A DNA stretch of 63,574 bases, filler included, from Phoronis australis (lineage: Eukaryota > Animalia > Phoronida), in NCBI GenBank assembly GCA_002633005.1. It is 9 parts of 9 records of this genome, joined end to end, with 100 filler letters (N's around TTAATTAATTAA, not from the genome) between each part and the next. Parts side by side here need not be neighbours in the genome. Positions count along the whole stretch, not along the records: positions 53,003 to 56,442 come from NMRA01003020.1; positions 56,543 to 59,096 come from NMRA01003613.1; positions 59,197 to 62,071 come from NMRA01003352.1; positions 62,172 to 63,574 come from NMRA01000250.1; 5 more parts are not named here. One strand, 5' to 3'. The translations under genes and the position numbers were made by a program. Shown in pieces: positions 53,205 through 63,574 of the stretch. The stretch's first letter is position 1, and each line of letters starts with the position of its first letter. A model generated the notes under the pieces. It did not search any database and was not told the origin of the DNA. It was given only the letters and a program-made list of their open reading frames with translations.

Positions 53205-53325
53205 TAAACTTCTGTCTACACACACAGTTGACAACCCTGTTCCATGTAAACTTCTGTCTACACACACAGTTGACAAGCCTGTTCCATGTAAACTTCTGTT
53301 TACACACACAGTTGATCCATGTCAA
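53205..53325. repeat. 42-bp tandem repeat x~3
   Basis: taaacttctgtctacacacacagttgacaaccctgttccatg. Confidence 0.8.
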
Positions 53326-55265
53326 CTCTCTCCGTGACAGCTGTTCTCTGTCCATGTTTGTAATATAAACAACCTTATAGTGCTGGGAACATGCTGGACA
53401 CATTACATCTACATTTAGTGTGGCATCACAGTTACTGTTTTGCTCAGGTTTTGTGCTCACTTGACTTCCACTTATGCGTGTTGATATGCATCAGTAATTC
53501 AAGAATTGGCTTCAGGTGGCGCTGTTTCTGGATCATGTAAGTGACTACCTCCTACCAGACTTGCCTAGGCTAATATTAGCCTCTGCATTGTGCCATCTGA
53601 AAAAATGAAGATTTTAAATTTCAAAGGTCAGTGCTGAGACCAATATGTTATGCAGTGTTGGCAAAGAACTGGTTCAGTACATTTACTGAGCCATGTTTTG
53701 ATGTATTCTTAATGGTGGTGGATAGATGGGATTGAGTTTGAAAAAGTGTTAGTTGTGGAGATTAACTTGTGTATTAGAAAAATAATTTAATTTAGCACGC
53801 ATAATAGGATCTACCCATAGAATTTTTTTGTCAAATTTCTCAGCCAAAAATATTTTTTAAATTAGCTTGTCTTCATTGTTAGCATAGTCTGAGCTGAACA
53901 GTTGTCACAAAACAAAACGTAGAACGTAACACTGCATGGTTATGTGAGCCCCCAAGGTACGTCATTTGTGCAAAGGTCACCTATTTGCAGAATTTTTTGT
54001 TTTCACATTTACAAGTTGTCAGTGAATACAACTGCACTTTGCTTAGTATAGATGATGTTCAAATAAAATTGTCGTTAAGTTCCTGTTATATATTAGCATA
54101 GTTAGGAGCATGCAAATATGTCTTTAAAATTATCTAGGACCTTAGTAAACAACCTCAACTCCTAGTCAAGTATCGAAAAAATATGCTTTGTCAACCATTA
54201 GGAGTATATGTTTTCTGAAAGTACGAAGATTGGGGATTCTAAAAGTATTCTCCTTACTTCCGTGTCTTTATTATTGTCATGTGACCACATTTTTAAGTCA
54301 AATTTTCATGTACAAGAAAGGTACATTGATAGGAAAATACCCCTGCCAATTTTACTAAAGCTTTTTTTAAATGAAAACTTTATGTTATGTCTCAAAACGC
54401 TATAAGGATTTTTTTTATTCATGTTTATGCTAAATTTAGTCTCAAAACACAAGGCGTTTTTGTGAAAAAATAGCTCGGTCCGCAAAAACTAGGCATTTGA
54501 ATAGTTGACAAAGCAAAGTTTTTTTGATATTTGACTTAGAGTTCAGTTGAGGTCAATTATGAAGGTCTCACATTATCTTAAGTAAATAAGCTTGTGACAA
54601 TGACACCTCTCAGGGATTGTATGGAAGCGGTGGGGTGTTGATTTTGGTAATTATTACTCATAATTCTCACCACTTCCTTAGTAAACCATGCTTTCTACCC
54701 ATGAGTGTCTGCTGAACGTCTCGTGTTGTTACTCGTTGGTATTCCCTATCACCTAAGGTCAGCTCACTTGTACCAGGATTGAAAAATAACGTGATTAGTT
54801 TGAGCTCCTGCCCTGCACACAAGTTCTTGGTTTTCAGTAAGAGCCCTTAAGTTTAGGACAATAACAATTGTTAAAATTGGTATTTTCATGTTTTTCAAAG
54901 GTTTTTCGTTGCTCTATTGCAAGTACACAACATTTATTTTTTTAATGAATAATTTGAAAAAGTGAAATTCCTCTTCCCCTCCACACCCCACTGCCTTAAA
55001 ATATTGAATTGTGAACAGAATAATGCTTAATGTAACATGCAAATTAACCATCTCGGTGAGTGCATGGACTTTCTAACATGCATTGGATGATAGGGCTGTC
55101 CCAGAATAGAGTGACACTCGAATCTTGCTGGATTTACCCACAATACCATAACCATTCATCAGGCAAATTTGCTGCCTCATTTTCATGTCACTGAAGTTCC
55201 ACATGTTATTTGTTACTGATTCTTTACAAGTTTTTCTCGATTGCATTACTCTATTTGTCCTTAGA

Positions 55266-55450
55266 ATGCCAGCGAAGTATTACTGTTGTGCTGTGGGCTG
55301 CAACTTCGACGTGAGAAAGTTTGATAAATTGGACAAATACCCGTGAATACGTGATCTAAAATGCTTCATCTTCCCAACTCCAATTAGAGACGAGAAATGT
55401 GCCTGATTTCCAAAATGAGATCAATCGATTTGTTATGTCCTCGACAAAGG
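55266..55450 (+). pseudogene. Degenerate THAP-domain N-terminus (transposon-derived)
   Basis: MPAKYYCCAVGCNFD...KYP*IRDLKCFIFP has the Cys pair and FxFP pattern of THAP, with an in-frame stop. Confidence 0.5.
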
Positions 55451-56823
55451 AGGAGAGTACTGTCGCTGTGTAATCCTGGATGGCCTTTAATTTGGTTATT
55501 ATAGTGGAGTTTGACTTCACTGTAAAAGAGAACACCCATCTTGTCTTCTGTGGCATTGTTGACTCTGGAATTGGATAGATCTGGGTTTGACAAGAGATTA
55601 AAAACTGATAAGTTGATAGACATGGTGAGGTCACAGGAAAAAGGGCTTGTATCAATTTATCTGTTGCTATCAGAACTGAGTTTATATGAGAAGCAACATT
55701 TCACCAGGCATTAGATTCTCTTGGCTATTCATGATTTGTGTTGTGAAAGCACTGGACTCGGTAAGTGTATGGTTATGTGTAGGACCCTTGGAAACATGCA
55801 TAATTTGGCTAACTTAGGAACATCATATCGCCTCAGAAAGGGCTGATTGAATTCATGTGAAACGTTCAGATACTATATTTTATGTTTTATAGTATGTTCT
55901 CCAAAACCCAGTTAGGAATCATTTTTAAAATGTTCCAATTTTGCACGAGGCCTCATTGAAAACTAGGACATTGTGATTTTTATGAAAAAAATTCTGAACT
56001 TGCATCAAAGGAAAAATATTTTTGAAAACTGTAACGTCGATTTTGAGATCTGATCTTGAACAATTACTTCAAATAAAATTTAACCTAACCTTATTATTGA
56101 TACCCTTGTTTTCCTGTCAATAGATGGTCAAAAGTCAAATTCCTGAGGTCCTCCACTGCTATATCTCCAAAACCACTTTTTTGGATGGTCATGAAATTAA
56201 TTTTTACATACATGTTCCTATCAATGGTTGAGCCGACTTCTGATATGTTCCCTTGCAGCAATTTTATTTTGCTACGTTTGCCTCTATATCTTTGGTTTTG
56301 AAGACTGATTTTCAGGAAATTTCGCGAATAGGTTTCTGTGAAGGTGGTGTCGCCACCTAGTCGCCATTTTTATAGTTCTCCAGTCTTTGTTGGCAATCGA
56401 CCTGTCTCTGTCTGCCAAATTACTTTAGGAATGACTATTAAANNNNNNNNNNNNNNNNNNNNNNNNNNNNNNNNNNNNNNNNNNNNTTAATTAATTAANN
56501 NNNNNNNNNNNNNNNNNNNNNNNNNNNNNNNNNNNNNNNNNNTGACAACTACAAAACACCTACAGATTTTTATTACAAGTTCCTTGCTGGTATTCCATTC
56601 ATTTTTGATGCCCAGAAAAGGAAAATAGAGATTATTTTCTTGTTTTAGTCACAAATTAAATGCTATTTTTGTTTCTGTTTGTTTTTACGTTTGTTTTAAG
56701 CAGTTTGAAAAACTTGTCTAACTTTTTCAGTTAGAAGTTGAATAATGCTAAGAATAACATCTTGCAGGTTTTAATATAGTTTTGTCACCTGTTTTCTGTT
56801 CTGACTTTATTTTTCAATTCTAG

Positions 56824-58891
56824 AATGCAGATGTTGCTGTACGCCACACAGCCCTTGGTTTGGTCACTGTTATATTAAACAAGGTGAAAGCAATATTGGA
56901 GCACTGCAGTGAACAGAGGGAAGGTAAACCTGCAAGTCGTTTCACAGATTTTGCTTTGCACTTTCAAGAGTCTCTCTCCAGGGTAAGTCTACAGGCAAAT
57001 AAGATTTCAATAAAACAGAAAACGTCTGCATCTAGTTTTGGTAAATTATCCACAAATAAATACTTATTATTAATAAATGCTCGTGCAGTCTGCCATTGTA
57101 CTGCACTTAATTCACATATTCAATGACATTTTCTTTGTTGTTATTCATATTTCCTGGTAAGAGGAACGTCTAGTTTCATTCATGCTGAGCTCAAAAACTT
57201 CCCTGCTTGTTAACATGCCTGTACTGCAGAGGTGGTGATTTCATAAATAATTTCACTTTCAGATTTTGCCTGACATGCTGTCTCTAAGTTTCTGTTGGTC
57301 CGCGATCTTGAGAACTGAAAAAGAAACTAATTGTAAGTAATAATTTATATTCATTTATTTTGAAAATATAATGCACAGTAATTGGAGTTAAGCGCAGAAA
57401 GCATTTAAAAACATTATATCTGGGCATCAATAAATACATTAGTATAATATACACACAAATGCATATATTTACATATTTTACAACGCATTTGATATGTTTA
57501 TCACACCACTGAAAGATGTGTTTAAAATTTCCAGTGCCATCTGTTGGAGAGTATGTGAGTCGCGTGCTTGAAGTGCTGTGCTTATATCAGCGTCTACTGC
57601 CCTCTGCCTACAATGACCACCCAATAGACTATGCCAGCCTCCTGCAAGGCGTTCAGTCTCTCGCTGTTGATGGCAACACTCTATCCCTACTGCAAATCTA
57701 CGTGTTACAACTGTTGGCTGAGTCTGATGCCAGTCGACTGTCTTTTGCCAGAGAGGTTAGCTGAAGTCTTGACATATGTATTCTCCCTTGAAGAATTTCA
57801 TTTCACTCACTGTCTGAAATGCCAGTTAAAAAGTACCAGGTTATCAAAAATGCAAGATATTTTTCAAATGCTTCCGTTCAGAATTATTTACACTCTAAGA
57901 CAGATCATCTTCGACGTGAGCAAAGTGTCAAAAAGCCATAATCACTTTTGATAGGTTTATTCCAAGCCATCCAAATTAGGCTGTGTCTTTTCAGTCTTGG
58001 GTAATTCTGTCAATTTTAAGACTTTAATTGTTGGATTTACTTGTCCAATTTTGTTGTGGAAACACAGTCCTGCTCAAGATGTAAACATCCTTTTTAAACA
58101 AGATCAGGATCGATTTGAAATCTTAGTTTCTCCAATGTAACGTGGTCAGCCTGACCAGTTCTATCCAAATAACATCCTCAGTAGGGAACTAGTCATTAAT
58201 AGAGTGACTGAACAGAAGAGTAAAAAAATAGGGTTCTTGAATTTACGTAGCAATTTTGTCAATAAAAACCCAAGCCTTGAGCGGCAGTTTCAAGCATGGC
58301 TTGTCAGATAATTATACACATCACTAACTCACAATAAAAGCTGTTCCTGAAAGAATGTGCATAAACCAATTGTGATGAAGGAATCTCATTTAAAGGGCAC
58401 GTATGTGACATGTAAACACAAAATTAGAAAAAAAATCCAAATTTTAAGGAGTTGAAAACTAAAGCTATTTGATTATCAGTCAGTTTTGCTGTCTTCTGCT
58501 TTTGCAGCTGTTTCAATTATAGCTAATAACAGAGTTCTTTCAATCCTCCATTTTGAGTAGGATTACTACCAAGGCATAGCTTATGCAACAACTGTTGTTA
58601 ATTTGACTGTTTTATCACTTTTTGCCCTTCGTGTTTGGTAGTGAGCTGAGATGTACATTCCGAGTTTTCAGAATTACATTTCATTTAATTTAATTTTTGG
58701 AATTATATTCACCTGGTATGGTTGTTGGGTTAGTTTGATTATTGTTATTGGAAAGCTGAACTTCTGTACATGTTCTCATTCTTCATCAGGGTAAAGGTAG
58801 ATCATCCATTCTATCCCTGATGCTTAAGCTGATCAGGAAGACGGCTGTCAATCATCAGCTACAAACCACGGTGTTGCACCTGACTGTGAAG
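56824..58891 (+). CDS. URB1: Nucleolar pre-ribosomal-associated protein 1 (URB1/NPA1), 4 internal exons
   Basis: Exons 56824-56982, 57263-57332, 57535-57755 and 58790-58891 are phase-compatible GT-AG. VRHTALGLVTVILNK..FQESLSR|ILPD..VLEVLCLYQRLLP..IDYASLLQGV resembles recalled URB1 (VRHTALSLISVILKR..FREALSKILPD..LLQVICLYQKVVP..FDFSKLLKGV). Confidence 0.8.
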
Positions 58892-59579
58892 GTAAGGCCA
58901 ATGGGCAAAGAACTGCAAACCGTACATCAATATCACTAAGCTGTGAGACATTAAGTGGCTGAGAATTTTGCTTCTTCCCTGAATTTTGATTTTTTAAAAA
59001 AGACTTTTAGTCTCATTGTAGTGTTCAGTGTTGTTTGTATGTTTAGTCAAGCATCATATCTAACTTGAAGATAACGAATTTTCACAATGAAAACAGNNNN
59101 NNNNNNNNNNNNNNNNNNNNNNNNNNNNNNNNNNNNNNNNTTAATTAATTAANNNNNNNNNNNNNNNNNNNNNNNNNNNNNNNNNNNNNNNNNNNNTAAA
59201 ACCCCCTAATTCTATGTCATGGACTGATTAATTGGCTAGAGACAAGTTGATGTTAAGAGATGGCCTAAAGGTGGATGTTAAATTAGCTATTACAAAGCTG
59301 AGAATGATTGCTGGAAACATATATAATGTCCCACATTTGGATGGTAAGTCCATCATAATCAAGGAAATAAAAAAAAAAACACAAAGGGGCCACAACTAAT
59401 CAAGAGCAAATGAGAAGGCTGACAGCTGTAGCTACAGAAAATACAAAAATGATAAAAACCTATCCTCAAAGGGTAAGCTCGGCAGATCCCAGGTTGCTAT
59501 TCAGTGGGGCCGTAGCATTCAGCTCAACATGACTCTCTTTGATGGCTAATGATCTAAATATATTCACATCACTATGAAG

Positions 59580-60363
59580 AATTGTAGTATAAGATGGTCA
59601 CTTACTTAAGAGACGTGGTGGGTTGTTTGCAAACGTTTCGTCCTGGTCCGCCAGGTCTTTGTCAATGAATGAGGGATTTCCTGCGTTTCGCTGGTTAAGA
59701 ATGGTTGAATACATGGGAGGTAAGTGGAGGCCTCGGTCCCGATTCAAGAGGGGGCGCTGAATGCTGATGTTTATTGACTCTTTTAGCTTGCGAGCATACC
59801 AGTGTTGTTCTTTGGCTANNNNNNNNNNNNNNNNNNNNNNNNNNNNNNNNNNNNNNNNNNNNNNNNNNNNNNNNNNNNNNNNNNNNNNNNNNNNNNNNNN
59901 NNNNNNNNNNNNNNNNNNNNNNNNNNNNNNNNNNNNNNNNNNNNNNNNNNNNNNNNNNNNNNNNNNNNNNNNNNNNNNNNNNNNNNNNNNNNNNNNNNNN
60001 NNNNNNNNNNNNNNNNNNNNNNNNNNNNNNNNNNNNNNNNNNNNTTGGCTAGGATCCTGGATGACCCAAGAGAGTAAGTGACCATCTCGTACATCTCTCT
60101 TGGGTCATCCAGGATCCTAGCCAAAGAACAACACTTGTATGCGCAAGCTAAAAGAGTCAAGAAACATCAGCATTCAGCGCCCCCCTTGAATCGGGACCGA
60201 GGCCTCCACTTACCTCCCATGTATAAAACGCGGGAAATGCCTCATTCATTGACAAAGACCTGGCAGACCAGGTCGAAACGTCTGCAAACAACCCACCACG
60301 TCTCTAAGTAAGTGACCATCTCATACTACAATGCGTCTAGAGACCAATGATGAACTTCTTCTC
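59580..60363. mobile_element. Penelope-like retroelement, two inverted 3' segments with a 15-bp target-site duplication, in an NSUN2 intron region
   Basis: GIY-YIG C-terminus ILAKEQHWYARKLKESINI...LNRDRGLHLPPMY on both arms in opposite orientation. TSD cacatcactatgaag at 59565-59579 and 60364-60378. Confidence 0.8.
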
Positions 60364-60558
60364 CACATCACTATGAAGGCTGGTAGGATTAGTAGAATCA
60401 GCAATTGTCCTTAGTTTTCTTCTGTTAATTTGGCTAAAAACCAACATTATGGAAAGTAGCTTTTATATTAAGTGTATAAAAATTGGATTAGCATACACAA
60501 GTTTGGCACTGTCGCAGGAAGACTATTAGTCATGATCTCTTTATTGTTTGCTCAATGA

Positions 60559-61047
<489 letters not shown>

Positions 61048-63574
61048 GTACGTAGTAGCATTTACTATTGTTGGACTGAGGTATTTATGAACAGGACGCA
61101 CATGGGTATTAATGCCCATGACAGTGGATCACTCATTGCTCACCGCCTATTGAAGTTCTTGTGTCGGTTAACCAATCAGTGTTATTAAGCAGGGCTGTGT
61201 TCCGTAGACATTCGCGGCAGCACTTGCAGGAAGAAATGTTTGCTCATGAAACAGAAATACTGAAATCTATCCCATAATTCAACATTCCAACCTCACCAAC
61301 CAATCACTTCAGTGGTTGCCATTTTGCTTGGGTATGCTAGTAAGCTCCCTAGAATACTCATGAAATGTGTGATTTTGCTTGATCTTGCCTTTTTAAGCAA
61401 GTTTCCCAGGTCTTTGAAACTAACTCCTTGTCACCAAGATTGCTCACACGAGTGAGCCAAGCTTTGCTAGTCACATTACTGCAAACACATAGCATGTCTG
61501 TAAGAAAGTGTATGAAGATGAAGGTCAATATAGAAATTATAAATAAAAATCCAAGGTTTTGAGCATTTGCTTTTTCTCATATGGTTTGAAAGAACACTGC
61601 TCAAAACGTTGGTTTTATACAATTTTATATTGACATTTGTCTTGTTATGCTTTGTACACCTTTATTCAGTTTTTAGCTTTGGTAATGACTTAGAACTTTT
61701 CTAGATAAGTGTTTACATGTGTTGTGCAGAATTGGTGAAATAAATAGTGCTGATCCAATTTCAGCCAGAATTTCGCAGATAACAACACTTAACGTTCTTC
61801 AGTGGTGATGTCATGTTAAGTAATACACTAAAAGCATCAGTGTTGTCTGCCGTGAAATTTCTGCATTTTTGACAGCATGCGTCACCTCACCTTAGGGCTG
61901 TTCCAGTAAAAGTCTGTGTGGGAGGGGGGGGACGGCAGTAGAAATAAAAATTCATGGGTGGTGGTCTTCAGAAAAAAACTCAAATTATGGGTGGTCGTTC
62001 CTGTAAGAAGTGATGCATTAAAAATGGGTGGACAGGTATTTTTTGACCTATTAAAGGCGAAGGCAACCTTTNNNNNNNNNNNNNNNNNNNNNNNNNNNNN
62101 NNNNNNNNNNNNNNNTTAATTAATTAANNNNNNNNNNNNNNNNNNNNNNNNNNNNNNNNNNNNNNNNNNNNAAAGTGGCCTATCTCAACAAATTACTTTG
62201 GACCTGTTGTGGTATAAGCCAGTAATCTTTGGCAAATACTTTTCCCCAACTCGTTCCTCAAGCTACAAATTCTCTTTGACATATCTTCTGGTAGTAGACT
62301 TTTCGGCCTCTCTCTAGCCCCCTCACTTAGTTGTCCAGAAGGGTACCTTCTTGCTGGTTGTGAACTTTTCTATACCCAACCTTTAATAATAATCGGCAAG
62401 TCTCCAACTTCAGCAGAAGCCACTTCTTCAGCATAAACCTTTCCTGATCCCTAAAATTGTATTAATGAAAAATTAAACATATTAAATTTAATGTGGCCAT
62501 TTCGGCTCACAAAATATGAATACCAAGCTAAAATGAAGGCACCAATATTTCTGACAGCTTTAGCATGTTTAATTAACATCATAATCGCAGAAAATTATTG
62601 GTAGACAAAACATACTCCCTAGTCTCTAAAAGTAGTTCATGGGAAGAAGTCATGTTACACATTTGGTGGTTGTTATGAAAAGTTATGATGACTGTACCTA
62701 TTTTCTGTGCCAATGACATGTAGTTGCATAAACATCAACACATTTGAATAAGATGTGATTAAGCAATAAGGCCCAAGTTATAAGCAATCACGGTGTGTCA
62801 ATAAAAGTATTTTTGCATGAATGACGTGCTTCTAAAAATATTCCTCAGGGTCTGACCCTGGAGTTTAGTGATTCCTACCTGAGCTCACACGAAGCAGGAC
62901 GTTGAACCTTGACTTACGTCTTTGGTCATTTTTCAGACCTGTATCAGACTTTTCCTCTAGTGTGCAGTGGATGTTCTAAGTGTCTTTGGCGACGCCAATA
63001 TATCTCGAGTGTTGTAACGATGATTCGGGCAAGTGAACCTAATACGGTAGATTATGTAGCTCCTGCTTCATAGTGCCTCCGAGTCCGAGGCAGACACTGA
63101 GAGTGACTGAGACAGACTACTCAGGAGGACACGTTCCACCTCCACATCAGCTCCACGTACTCTTATAAGGTGCTAAATGTCACGCTCTATACCTTGTGCA
63201 TTTCCCTAGAGTTTCCAAAGTTGTTTCCCTCCGCAATTTGTAGAAATACCACATTTGATGCGACTGGCAGTGCCAGATAAATAGATAAATTCGCAAACCC
63301 GAACTTTAGGTCAGCCATCATTCAACTAACGCATTGTAAGATTTAGTTTGGTATTCAGACGAATTGGATGAACAAATTTAGTATAATTTCATATTTTATT
63401 AGGAAATGCTAGTGTCCTTAAAATTAATTAAAAACATTTAAGCAAACCAATTGTTTTAATTGTTGTATTATACCACGGCATATTAATGCGTAGAACCGGC
63501 GCACAACTAGTGACTGGTTTAACATGACAAATACACATACGCGGTCTGAAAATAGTGAAATTCAGACACCTATT

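Noticed and set aside
53016-53536. Possible short plus-strand exons (VANGGVAADI; 53448-53536)
   Set aside because: They do not match METTL5 or URB1 and could not be joined into a credible ORF.
56983-58789. Intronic snoRNAs in URB1 introns
   Set aside because: No properly spaced C/D boxes or H/ACA double hairpin could be supported by eye.
62200-63172. Two minus-strand exon-like segments (GSGKVYAEEV..., HLIRVRGADV...)
   Set aside because: In-frame stops and no recognisable homology; possibly decayed transposon genes, but not assignable.

Overview
Repeat-rich, AT-rich animal (probably invertebrate) genomic DNA with spliceosomal introns. The window is nine contigs joined by eight artificial 100-bp spacers (N44-TTAATTAATTAA-N44), so adjacency across spacers is not evidence of linkage. 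Contig 1 (1-13933) holds eight minus-strand exons of a centriolin (CNTRL)-like coiled-coil gene. Contig 2 (14034-32596) holds a complete, compact 9-exon WWOX gene (+), a convergent intronless large-MAF bZIP gene (-) and a decayed Gypsy gag-protease. Later contigs carry fragments of METTL5, URB1 and NSUN2 among many transposon remnants (HINE/Helentron-like, Kolobok/THAP, Academ-like, Penelope-like, MITEs). The most interesting items are: (i) the WWOX-MAF tail-to-tail pair known from human 16q23, here packed into ~15 kb; (ii) a 10 x 28-bp tandem array that multiplies the WWOX exon-4 splice acceptor and the start of that exon; (iii) a MAF with an altered basic region and a zipper one heptad shorter than canonical. 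All gene identities come from manual translation and recalled protein sequences, not database searches.
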